DNA of 64,000 nucleotides. It comes from Hydrolagus colliei (Eukaryota). Both the position numbers and the translations under genes were made by a program. The stretch covers positions 7,688,001 to 7,752,000 of the forward strand of contig CM068760.1 in NCBI GenBank assembly GCA_035084275.1, in the 5' to 3' direction. The stretch's first letter is position 1; every line of letters starts with the position of its first letter. Below, piece by piece: positions 38,295-50,200 of the stretch. The notes beneath the pieces were generated by a model. That model did no database searches and had not been told where the DNA came from. It saw only the letters and a program-made list of their open reading frames with translations.

Positions 38295-41068
38295 GGTCAA
38301 GGCAGGGAAGAGGAGCGAAGCCTTTGCTGTGTACAAATTGGCTGCTGCTTTCAAGAACAACGACAACTACTTGCATTTACGTCGTGTCCCTCACACAGCT
38401 CCACATTCCCGGAGAGCTTTCATGTACAAACATACACAGTTACCACACTTCACAACAAGTCCTGTAAAGTACAGTACTTTGAAGGCGTCTCCAGCTAAAC
38501 CTCCACACACAGAGAATGCGACGATCATTATCACAAACGACTGTCGGGGTCAGAGCATCCGAAGAGTGAGCAGAGAAGCTTTTCCTTCGCATTCCCATTC
38601 CTCAAGTTAAAATACCAGCCAGCGTCACGCACGAACTTGACTAGAAAAGCAATCGGCGGACGAGGACAGAGGTTTAATATTAAAGGTGCACGTCTTGTTC
38701 AGAGATACCCAGCCTCCTGAGCAGAAATGCAATGCCCGCCGCAAGATACACAACATTAAATAGATGGGGTGGTGGGGAGGGGGGGGGGGGGGTTCTAGGG
38801 ATTAAAACCATACATGCTATATATTAAAAGCAGTGAAGCGCAAACTCTCCCGCACCATCGTAAATATCAGCCTGTCAAATCGCTCACAAATAAACACCGT
38901 CAAAAGTTAAGAGTGAAATCCGATCCCACCCAACGGACAAATGAGACGTTAAATTTAGTCGGTCGGTGGCGTTCTGCATTTGCATCAGGCGTTTTTTTTA
39001 AAAAAAAATCGGGAAAAGGAGACTAATTCCTCGTGAAATCATGCGTTAAAAGTGATTAGGCAGAAGCTTTGCTTCTCCCACGTTGATAGACGCAACATAC
39101 CTGTTACTGCGCTGTCAATCAAGTGACCGTGTTCCACTTTTACCTCGCACGTTTCCTCGGCTCTGATGAAAGATTTTTTTTCCCCACCAACCAACCAACC
39201 TCCCAACTCCGCTTCTCCTCCTGTTTCCCTGTAGGAAATCTGTGACTAATGAGAGTTTCCAGCGCTCACTCCTCAGCTCCTGCCTGTCCCATTATCATAC
39301 ATCATCAACCCGAGCCACCCATTGCCAACACAGCTGCTCCCTCTGGAATCAGTAGCCAATCACCTGCCACAAACCACCTCCTTCGACATCACATCGGGAG
39401 GGTAAAAAAAATACAGAGAACCATGAGAAAGAGAGAGTGAGTGAGTGAGTGAGTGCGAGAGAGAGAGAGTGAGGGAGGGAGGGAGAGAGACTGTAAAAGC
39501 GCAGCGTTCGTTCAAAAGTGTCCAGCTCCAACGCAGACATGCATGAGTCTGTGGATGAATCTCTCCCTCCCCGGCCCTAAATGCAGCAGAGTGGACTTGG
39601 AGGAAAAATCTGGCAAAGTGTATTGTCCAAAGCAATGTCCAAACATTAATCTCTCAAACACGGTATTTTTTATACACCCACCTCCACACCCCCCCCAACC
39701 CCCCCCCCCCCCATTCCAACACCTCCCCAACTCCTTCCAAAGATGTATATATTTATATATATATATACATATATATATTTATTGTGAGGCGTAGATTTGG
39801 TTTTTGCTCGGAGCGTATTCTATCTCCAGGCACAGAAATGTTATCTCGAGGCAGGTGATGAGACTTTCTCTCCCCACTCCCACTCCCAAGACTATATTGT
39901 CTTCCATTGATATTATAATACTCTGATAGTTCAGATTGCCACAGCGCCGACAGTCCAAGGAAAACAAAAGCCTTTCACAATTGGTTTCCAACCAGTTAGG
40001 TCAGCCTGTCACCTCATATGATACTGACATAGGCATGGCCAGACAGAATATCCCTGTCTGTTACTCACTGCTGTATATCTCCCCCCAATGCGCACCGTGC
40101 CACAACAACAACAACAAGTTGTATTTATACAGCACTTTTCACGTCAGGAAAACGCCCTAAGACCCTGAACCTTTTGTTCCTCTGTGAATGTGCAGCATTA
40201 ATTTACACCCCCTCCCTCCCTCCCACCCACCCAGATAGGTTCAGGCTCTAGTTCAAAGTGGTTTGAATAACAAAAGTATCGTTTCTTTCCAAATTAAACC
40301 CGTGAAGACACATGCGGATTAGATTAGCTGTGTGTGCTTCATCTGCGTTAAAAAGAAATGTCTTTTGACTTTCGCTCGCAGTAAGAATATCCTTAGTCCT
40401 GAGTATCAAAGTCAAACCTTCCTCCCAATTCCTATGGCTTCACCTGTTCATACTTTTAGCCCCCATTTAGACGGCAGCTGCTGTTTTCCTTTTGTGGATA
40501 ATTAGCAGAAGTTACTGAATTAATTGCGGTGTCTCGGAGCAGCCATGCTCGCACTGATGCTGTGGTGGAGTAAATTCTCTCACCTTCAGGGTGAGGGTTG
40601 AGGTTTGTTTTCGCACCAGAGCAACGGGAGGTGTGTAAACAGCCGTGGTGTCACCAACACTATGCGTTTAGTCCAGGATACATTGCACTCAATGATCCTG
40701 CTCGTCTCTGTCTCTCTCAATCTATCTTCCAGAAGAACATGTAGCAGAAACACCCGAGTACTGAAAATTTTAACCAGTCTTCAAATGTTAAGACCATTTT
40801 CTCTTAAAACGTAAATTGGCTAGAATTGTGGAGAATTTTCTTTTTGGAATTCAATCTTAAAAGAGCTGCTTCCGAATTGAGGACTGAATTTCCAAGACTT
40901 TTTTCACATTCTGTAAATTTCTTAAATCCCTAGGCAAAATGGTCCAGAGAAAGGGGTTAGGTTTCTCACTTTTCCCATAAATACACACAATGATTTGAGT
41001 TTGAGGTGTTATAATGAATCAACTGCATAGACAATTTGAAATAGTCATTATTGCCTCCATCTAAACTA

Positions 41069-41286
41069 CAATAATCCCTCCCAAAAAAAACACAATAATA
41101 AAATTGGTCATTTCAATTCACGACTGTTTATGGGGGACGCAGTTGTGCACAATTGGCTGCCGCGTTTCACCTACAATTGTATAGTCAAGTCACTTTACAG
41201 TATATTCTGCGAAGCACTTTGAGACACCGTCTAGAAGTTGTGAAAAGCGCTAGATCAAAATGCAAGGATTATTATTATTATTATTA
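41069..41286 (+). mobile_element. SINE family A, 3' half
   Basis: ATAATCCCTCC...AATTGGTCATTTCAA...AATGCAAGG(ATT)n. Confidence 0.9.
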
Positions 41287-42299
41287 CATTACTGGCTGGA
41301 CACCTGAGCTGAGGGTGAGAGATGAAGGCAGTGGAGAGAGAGGGAAGGAGACCGAAAGCGCGGTCTGTAACACTACGCCTGATGCGGAGAGAGAGAGAGA
41401 GAGCGTGAGAGAGAGAAAATAGTCACACGTTTTGATGCCTGACGACAGACATCAACTTTTTGAGGATCGGCTTTGGGGGGGAGTGGGGGGGGTGGGGCTT
41501 GTGAGCAGCGAGGAAGACCGAGCAAATGCTGAAGGCTGCCAGCGTTGTCAATATAACAAGTTTATAAAGTTCCGAGACGCGGTGTGTTCAATATGACCCT
41601 GGGACAACTGGAAGAGGTGTCCTCCAGCTGCACTCTCCGAGCACCTGAAATCCCTTCTCACCTAATTAAAAGCACTGCTCATTAAGCTGCACTCGCTCCA
41701 CTCTTTAACATGCAGGGCCAGGAACCAGTGTCTTGCATCGCCCGTCTTTATAAACAGGCACCCAAAGGCCTTCGAGGCAGCCCACTAAATCACCGCTCTC
41801 TTGTGTTAATCCACTAATGGTCTTTCACCCTTTCCTCCAGTGATTGAGAGAGGCTGGAGGGGGGGGGGGAAACATTCCCGTGGGGTTATGCGATAGAAAC
41901 AGCGCAGAAACGAGTTTGTTTTTGATTTTTTCGAAAGGCCGTGTTTAATAATAATATTAGTAATAATCATGATCATCATTGCAGTTCGTACGACGCCCCT
42001 TATCACGTCTTCGGGACAGTTGCTTCTTACGTTTAAACAAATGATTAGAAAATAATTTAAATATCCCCTATCGCAAACTGTGTTTCACATCTGCTGCCAC
42101 ACAATTTTTTTTCTCTCTGTTCCTTAATGGGCAGGTATTAGAATATTTCTGTTGCAGTGGCCAGTTTCTGATTATCCAGAGTACAGTACAGCTGAGTCAA
42201 ACTCCCTCTTTCTCTCTCTCGCTTCTCTCGCGTTGCTTTTAAAATTTGCTACGGAACCAGTTTTAAACAAAAGGGACTTAGTCGGCATCTGGTGGCTTT

Positions 42300-45200
42300 C
42301 AAACTAAACCATTCTTTACGGTATATTTGCAGAACGTCCATCCTGTAACGTATCTCGTCTTCAATGCGAAATGCACTATATGGCTTTGCTTGCTTTGATT
42401 CTACGTTATTGGTGCATCGGAATCCAGAGTTAAGACCTCGAAGGCTCAGTTGAATTAACCAGCTTTATGTAATTGCGAAATGGAAAGAGGTCGAAAGTTG
42501 GTGGGAGGCGTGGAGAATATTGATGCTTCCATTTCGCACATCATCCAGCCCTATGGGTCTTCAAAGTGAAGGCAGCCAACTTCAGTGGCAATTAATGTTG
42601 GGACTATAAGGACATTAATGCTGTGCAAAGATAGAAAATGTAGAAACTTTCAACACAATTTGTCCCATTGCACTTGTCCAGTCCTACTTTTTAACCCCCT
42701 TTTTCAACTAAAGCCTTCTCCTCTCACATCCATGCCATGATCTGCTCTGCCTTCCCTCACCTCCATAACATTGACCGACTTTGCCATTACCTTGCCTCTC
42801 AGGCCGCTGAAACTCTTTATTCATGCCTCCATTGCGTCCAGGTGATTCAGATCTTTTGAATGATTTGTTTGATTAAAAATACAAACGCTACCTGATTTGA
42901 GATGTCAACGCACACCGTTAAAGGATCAAATACAAGAGATTATTATCATTATTACTATTCTTATTATTATTATTGTTATCATTTTTATGGGCACAGAGAG
43001 AAGCAGATGCTTTGAGAGGTTAGCGCCATGTTTGACACAATGGATACAGGGTATTCTTGCTGTTTTACCGCAGATCTTTTGGTTCTGACTTATGTGCAGT
43101 ATAAGTATGTAATTTATCAGTGTCCAGCAACAGACAATTCAGTCCAGAGAATCAGCTACTGTGGCAACTTTAATAGCACTGAGCTAATGAAATAATACAG
43201 TGGTGGACAGCTCTCGTACATTCAGCACTCCGAACCTGGCATTTTAACAAAACTGAATTAGATTTTTTTTGTTTAAAAAAAAGAGATCCACTTTTTGTTT
43301 TCCCAAAGGATAATTGTTCAGGAATGACGTCTTTTTTTTTACACCAATCTGTGATATACCATGGGTTATGGGTTGATGCTTTGATCACCAGTGGCATCCT
43401 TAAAATTGTTGCTCAAACAACTGAGATCGGTGCGTGTGAGCAGATCTCTGGAGGGTTGAGTTATTACAACTGCGAATAAGAACCCTTGCATTTGATATAG
43501 CGCCTATCACACCAGGATGACATCCCAAAGTGCTTCACAGTAAAGTGGAGTAACTGTGTGCTTTGTGAGTGAATGTGGCAGCCAATTGTCCCACAGACAG
43601 CCATGGAATGACTGACCAATTTTATTTGGGCGACTGTTGGTCAGGACATTGTTAGAAGCTCTCTTCTCTTTACGGATATCAACAGGGTATTTTTAACCTC
43701 CATCTGAGAAGGCAGACAAGACCATGGTTTAAAATCTCATCTGAGGGACAGACATCTCATCCAAAGGATCTCAGATTACATCAAGGAATGGGCATTTATA
43801 AATCTTCTTGCAAAATATTGCAGAATAAAGTCCCAAAGTTGAGTGAATGTGGCACGTAATACTTAAATCATGCATTTGATGTAACAATTATAATGTTGAA
43901 ATGTCTCAAAAGCAATTGCTGTCAAGTGTATTTGTAGGCCAAACTGGCAGCCAATTTGCATTCAACAAGGTACGACAAACATAATTTACCTGGATGATTG
44001 TTGTCCGGGATATTGGAAGAAACTCCCATTTCTTTTCAAACACTGCCTTAAATAGATGGGTGGGCAGTAAAATCATTTAACTTCTTATCTGTAGGACACA
44101 CAGCTCCGATAATGCAGCACTCCTCCCAGCCTAGATTGTGAGATCAAAATCCTAATGTGGGGTCCTTGACTCAAGAGGCGAGAGTACCAGCAAGTTGTCA
44201 TCCTTGAGAAGATTAAACCAAGCCACAGATCCCAAATCAACTGAGGTACTGTACTTAAGACGGAGAGAGAAAGGCAAGCGCATTGAGGTACATGGCGAAA
44301 AATCCGGGAGATGAGATTTGGAAAATAAAAAGCTGTCATGAAATTAATAAAATAGTCTTGAAGGCTTGAAGAGTCACAAAATCCGCACAATTGGTGTGGA
44401 ATGAAGACAGGCTCGTTGTTCCATCTGATCCCACGTCTCCAAAACAACAACTTACCATGTGCGGCTGTGTGGCCCACGTATCTCCAGCGAAAGTGTGCAA
44501 ATGACTCCAGGTACTGCTTATCATGCAATCCGCCAGCCTAACTGACATCTGTCAGCCCCAAAGCAGGCGTCTCTCTAGTGAAATGTGCTTTAATGCTACC
44601 AGGAGAGTCGTGTTCTGTCAGATGATAACAGAGAGGAATACAAAGCTAAGTGCAGACTGCTGCGTGGACACAGGGGGAACGTGGTGTTATGGTCCCTATG
44701 GAGCGAGAAACGGGGAAGATCTTTCTGGCTTCATCGTTGAGCATCGCCTTTAGAGAGGAGGAAGAGAAGCGTTTCGCCATGCCGCTCTCCCTTCAGGCGC
44801 TAGAGCCCGGATGAAAACGGGAACTGTGACCGCCGCCGTCACGTAAAAATTACGATAGGGTTTAAGGCAACAATTGGTCCGAAGACCTACAGGCTGAGGA
44901 GTTAAGCATCTCAGTCACTGGCTTTCGGAGTTCTGATCCTCCCATGGCTTCCAGATCGGGTTTTTAGAATTACTATTGCCATCTTCTACAAGAGCATAAA
45001 AAAAACTTCTGACTGGACGGAGAAAAAGGGCAAAGGATGACAAAGTTCTGGTCAACTTGTGTTCGTCAACTTTTGACAAATAGCATTTCTTCTTCTTGAC
45101 ATAGAGGGTAATTAGGTAGTGGAACGCATTGCCAGGAAGGGTGATTGAGGCCAGGAAGCTGAGATTCATTTTGAAACAGCTTGATTGTGTGATGGAATGC

Positions 45201-45790
45201 TGGGGGTGGGGTGGGGGGGGCGAGAGGAGTGAGGGGAGGTGGATATTCTGAAGGGATAAGAATAGATGATCTGAAATACCTGTTTCATCCAAACCAACCC
45301 TGTTTTCCTGTAATTTTTTCCACCTGGTCTCGTCAACAAGGAAACAAATCCGAAACTCAGCCCCCACCGCCCTCCCCACAAAAAAAATTCCATCGTTCCT
45401 TGTTCTCGGAGAACCACATCAACAGCCATGAAAGAAAAAAAAAGCACCAGTCCTAAGCTTGTATTTCCCCTTTCCCTCTCTATTAATGTATTTTATGTCA
45501 CAGGTGGGCATCTCATTTCCCACTTTCATCTAATCTGAACTGTGCAATCATGTGTTTCTTGACATTAATGACAATCCTAAGATATGTAATATCTCAGCCT
45601 CCAAAATGCACGTACTGTACTGTATTTCTTTATTGCTGATGGGGGGAGAAAAATTGCAGTGCAGAGCTTTCTGCTGGCAGCGAAATTTGCCCCAACAACA
45701 TTGTGAGTTTCCCAGTAAACAGGTGTGTAGGGGTGTCAAGGTGGAGTGTAACTGCACGGCTGAAATGGCAATAAAGCAACTCGACAACTT
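42300..45790 (-). mobile_element. Ancient CR1/Crack-like LINE ORF2
   Basis: HKLTRTL..SFFY..NSKNPIWK, ISLERRLLWG*QMS, HDKQYLESF, IPHQLCGFCDSSSLQD, LSLSVLSTVPQ, KYYVPHSLNFGTLFCNILQEDL (~43865-43797, GVPQGSxLGPLLFxIYINDL), ITDWCKK..GKTK, KICGKTAR, SLVFDPLTVC..IQK, APIT*NQ. Confidence 0.75.
43478..43770 (-). mobile_element. Older Deu-domain SINE
   Basis: L2-type tail plus the Deu-like GGTTTAAAATCTCATCTGAGGGACAG; a head-side fragment of the same type lies at ~44090-44192. Confidence 0.75.
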
Positions 45791-45869
45791 AAGCAGTTGT
45801 TATTCACATCCCACAATCTATAACTTTGTAAAAAAAAAAGTCAAATTAAATCAAATCAGGTATGTGAAG

Positions 45870-48350
45870 AGTCACTGAATGCGAGGACTCCGGCTCCTTC
45901 AGTGATAAAAATGAAATTGCATTGGTGTGTTGGTCTTGCACCATTTGCTTGCTGGTTTGAGATGTGCTGACTTCCTAAAAGCAAGATGTACTGTAACACA
46001 AGCTGCTTCTATAAAAGAAGATGCAAGCCAAGCTCATTTTCGCTGGTGACTGTTGCAACCGCGATAATCCTTGCATTTTGATGCAGCGTTTTATCGTATG
46101 GAGATGTCTCAAAGTGTCTCAAAAGATTTCACTGTGTATTTTGTTGCAGGTACTGCACCCACTCGGCAGGCAATTTGCGCACAACGACGTCCTGCAAACA
46201 ACAACAACAACTTGCGTTTGTGTAATGCCCTTCACCCCAGGCCAGTGCCTCGGAGCTATGAAGTGAGCCAGCAATTTTATTTTGGGGGTGGGGAGGTGGG
46301 GAGTAGGATTGATGGCTTTGCATGCTCTAAAATGCAACATAAAAAGAGTAAATCTACATACCAGTGGTACTTCCTCCCCTACAGTGCTTCACTGAAGCTG
46401 AAATCGATCTCATTTGTAAGATCAATGAGGCATTCTGATTTTACATGCTACTGTACCTGTCGGAATTAAAGCGCATTCAGAAAAATATACACACACTTTG
46501 GCTTGCATTGAAATCCAACAGGGTTTATCTTTGGGAGAAAGTCCATTCCCAAACGTCCTGTTGGAAGCGGTTGCGTTGATGTCTCGAAGTGTCCTCTTTC
46601 ATCTTCTACCTTCTTGACAAAAGGATAGCTCGACCGAAATCTTAACGTGAAGGATTTTAAATAATAATTCACCGCCACCTCCCCCACCACCCTGCCCCCA
46701 CCCTGCCCCCACCTTCCCCCACTCCCCTGGCACAAATGTTATCATTAAAGTAAGCTTGCCTTTCACAATAAACGGTGGGTCCATTGAAGACTGGAATGTC
46801 CCCCTGACGTGAAAGCATTATTTTTATTGACCCAAACCCTCCGTGCTGGTTAGCAGAGTACCCAAAGAGTCAACAGAATATTCACAAAACGTGCCCAGAG
46901 TATCCAAGCCGCTATTCATTTGTGTGAGAGACCATCATATCTCACCCTCACACATGTAGTCCCACTGAGTTATGGATCTTTTAAACTTATGAAAGAACAG
47001 TCGTATCTCACTGTCACTGATGAGATATTACATATTTACTTGCAGAAATCCTCTCCCGCTGAATGATAGTGTTATCCTCCAGACTTGTGCTTCCGTTATT
47101 TCACTGTTTCGCCCACAGAATAGACAAGTCGGTTGAACTTCGCAGTATGTTCTGCGAAGCGCTGTGAGACGTCTCGAAGATGTAATGAGGCACGATATCA
47201 AATGCAAGGATTATTATCAGTATTATTACTGTTAGTCAGATTCACTAGGAAATGACTTCAATGATTTAAACTCTCAATAAAATCCAGACATCATCATCTT
47301 ATAACAGTAAAACATGTTTTTTTAACCTCACTCAACAGGTGCGGAACAAAAGCAATAATAATTATATGACTGCTATCTACTTGGATTATTTTACATATAA
47401 TTGGACCACAAAATGCACAATTATGACACTTTATGGTGCCATCCTTTGAAGCAGTATGCGGTGTCCTCCCAACAGGTACCCAATGCAAGGATGCTTCTGA
47501 TTATTTTATTCATGTTTAAAACACCGCCACTGATTCCAGAGGGAACGGAATAATGTAGATAAATGCCGCGTAGGAGTTACAGAGCACACAATTGATTTTC
47601 TACTGATTTTCACACCGATTCCAAGGTTTCTATTTACAAAGCGCATATGATGAATAGTAAAAACCCATCATGGTTCCATGATGTGGGACGTCTGCGCGAT
47701 GTGAAAGGCTCTCTATCAATGTAATATTGTTGTTGTTGTTGTTTCCAGGGTCATGGGAACGGAAAAAATTATGATCAGGTTTTGGTCCTTCAGCTGATGG
47801 AGTGAGAATGTCATTGTCTCATAACAACAACAACAACAACAAAAATTACACTTATTTAGCGCCTTTCACGTCTAGGCATAGTCTGAAATACTCGGGTCTC
47901 TGCACGATCCTTGCTTCTTTACTGCAGTCAGGTAGATGTGGGCATAATCGAGTACAATGAGTCAACTGTTTAAGCCACGGAATGAAAGGAAGAATAATAA
48001 TCCTTGTGTTTGATATAGCGCCTTAACCAAGCCAAACTGAGACTTCTCAAAGCATGTTTCAGAATATCCTCCTCAGTGAATTGACTGTATGTGTTTTGCG
48101 GGTGATAATGAGCCTTGTTACCAAAATCATCATTATTATTATGATGATGATGCAGACATATGCGGTAGCATTAAGCAAACATAGTTCCTAAAATCATCTG
48201 TGCAACTGATGATTTTAGGAACTGTGCAACTGACTGCTTAGAAGGACTATTATGCAGAAAAGGGCTTGACAAAAATGCCGAGTGAACCAAAATATCATCC
48301 TCCTGCAAAAAGTAGGTATTTTAGGAAGCTCAAACATCACTAGGAAAAGT
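45870..48350 (+). mobile_element. Ancient R4/Dong-like LINE (RT + CCHC + restriction-like endonuclease)
   Basis: RTPAP, *LPKSK, RID..HKKSK, IEIQQGLSLGESPFP (RGIFQGDSLSP), HLLP, EY/QRVNRIF..AIH, DKCRVG..HTIDFL..FTKR, VMGTEKIMIRFW, VDVGI..TE*KEE, LLQKVGILGSSNITRK (LQKxALLGTAxILRK). Confidence 0.75.
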
Positions 48351-48569
48351 AACATTCATCCATGTATAATGTGGTGTTAATGGATGGACATGCAGAAACA
48401 TGTGAGCAGGTAACTTACGACAATACTAGCAAGGCTCAGCCAGAAGAGTGACAGTGGTAGTGGGTGGGGGAGATCGGGTGGGGGGGGGGGTATATGCCAA
48501 TAGGGATGTGTATTGGCAACATAACCCCGCTACCAAGCTGGCTGCAACCAAGGATTTACCTGCAGGGAT

Positions 48570-49930
48570 CAGCCGAGGGAATCTTCCCAGCACGTTTAAC
48601 ACTGCATTAAAGCAATGAATCCTCTGAACCCTTCCCTCTGCCTGTCAGTCCGAATGGGTTTAATCTTGTTAAAACTCTGTGAAACTACATTAGCACATTG
48701 ATTGATTGCCTTTTACATGTGGGTATTACTGTATTAATAAAAGCATGGACTCAGGTAGCAAAGAGGTAGGAGTGACTATGCACGGAGAGCTTTAATTTAT
48801 GCCGTGCAAATCAGGCGCCCTGTTCACCTCTGAATGCCATACAAAATTAATGTATATGATTGAGAACTGCTGTACTGAACTAGACAGAAACTGCAATACC
48901 AATTTATATGATAAACTTGGATTTAAAGGGAATGATACCTGATTACCTGGATTAGCTAAAAGATTTGCATTGGAACATTGTACAGTATTGAGTGAACACT
49001 GATACCACGCGCACAGTAATGAGAGCCGCAAGTACTGATATGAATGTACACTGGTTTTAAAGGTGTATACTTGATGTGCTAGGGCTTAAGAATAGTGTGT
49101 CCTCCATCATGGACTAAATATAGTTCTCATTTCAAGGATCTCATTGATCTACAGTGCTTTTGAGTGCCTTTACCTCGCACTGTGCTGGCTGAGGATCCCA
49201 ATCATGTGGCTGAAAGGTGGAAATGTTCTTCACCTTCTCCTTACCATTCCCCTTCCCCCACCTCCCCCCCCCCCCCCCCCAACCCCCACCACCATCATCA
49301 TCACCATCGCAACAACAAAATAACAGCAATTTGCGTCCATGCCATTGCACGGGCAATAACTGAATCTTCTCCTCTACCTTCCTGAAGGTCACGATGGATA
49401 AAGTGCTGATTGAAGTAGAGTAGACAGTCATGTCCACTGTCTCACAAGCCTATTTTCCCACACAGTTTCAAGCCATGATGTTAGAATGTGCCTTTGATTC
49501 TGACTCTAAGACATAAGTCCCTATATTTTAACAAATGCCGCATGTAGTACTCATCTTACACTTGAGGTTGGGGTGTGGGTTGGGGGATGGGTGGGGGGGG
49601 CTGGTGTGGGTGTGGGGAGACAAACTCTCTTTGCGGAACAGGATCATCTGATTCCCTCTCAGAACAAGAGTATCTATCTTCAGTCACAATGGAGCGCTAC
49701 CACTGTACATTACTCAGCTGTATGATAGTTTAGCTTAGGTGAGCAGTCTGAAGCTGAAGCGAAGCATCAGGTTGCATGCAGAATGCTTTATTTATCACAT
49801 AAACACGAGGTCCCAGCATGAAATCAAACAGATCAGTCTTTACCTGCCAACAACATTTTAATATGATCTGTCAGTGAAGAAGTTAGATGTCTTTTGCTTT
49901 TGAAAGAAATGTCATCAAATACCTAATATC

Positions 49931-49979
<49 letters not shown>

Positions 49980-50200
49980 GTGTATATGCATATTATATCA
50001 TGCAAGCTGGTCACTTTGGTACTTTATTAGCTGAAAAAAAACGTTCCACAGAATTAATTGGTAACTTAGATTTATGTGGGGGGGTTTTGGCATCAAGTTT
50101 GTAGCAATTTTGGAGAGTATACTTTATTGTCTATCACTCTGAATTATTGCTAACAATATAATTAGGTGTCCATAGCCTCTTACTCGGTGTAATGGACAGG
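48570..50200 (+). mobile_element. Degraded CR1-like LINE RT region
   Basis: QHV*HCIKAM, LLKLCETTLAH*L, KAW, SIRLHAECFIY (IRLFADDCxIY, ~49765), QQHFNMICQ*RS*MSF (LQxDL..W..WxMxF). Confidence 0.6.
49929..49982 (+). repeat. Compound (TC)n(TA)n microsatellite
   Basis: Seen directly. Confidence 0.95.

Larger units (their letters stand above)
34520..41800 (-). mobile_element. Near full-length ancient RTEX-like LINE (ORF1 with possible IMPACT-like domain; APE + RT)
   Basis: ORF1: SRNFINLLY, STILAN, F*EKMVL..ERQR. APE: EDNIVL..LCLEIEYAPSKNQIY, LPDFSSKS, HGS..VVCGR*..DSRG. RT: SSIGEVRACV, VRHGMAIG..KVLN, FGVLHDVHTSGM, IIFVKACLA, TSGVHKPWLSPT..MFQDE (~36200), IQNLLHITCNF..SGF, FVGCLLSCEG, PEMSYC, YLVFRT..LEK, GLPF..SIDE. 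Confidence 0.7.

Noticed and set aside
39230-39680. Promoter/5' UTR (CCAAT box, GA repeats, TATA-like run)
   Set aside because: The minus strand reads as APE motifs (LPDFSSKS, VVCGR*..DSRG) colinear with the RTEX-like element; there is no CpG island or linked exon.
44450-44620. Minus-strand exon ending at ATG|GTAAGT
   Set aside because: All frames from the best acceptor contain stops, and the segment fits RT motifs of the 42.3-45.8 kb fossil.
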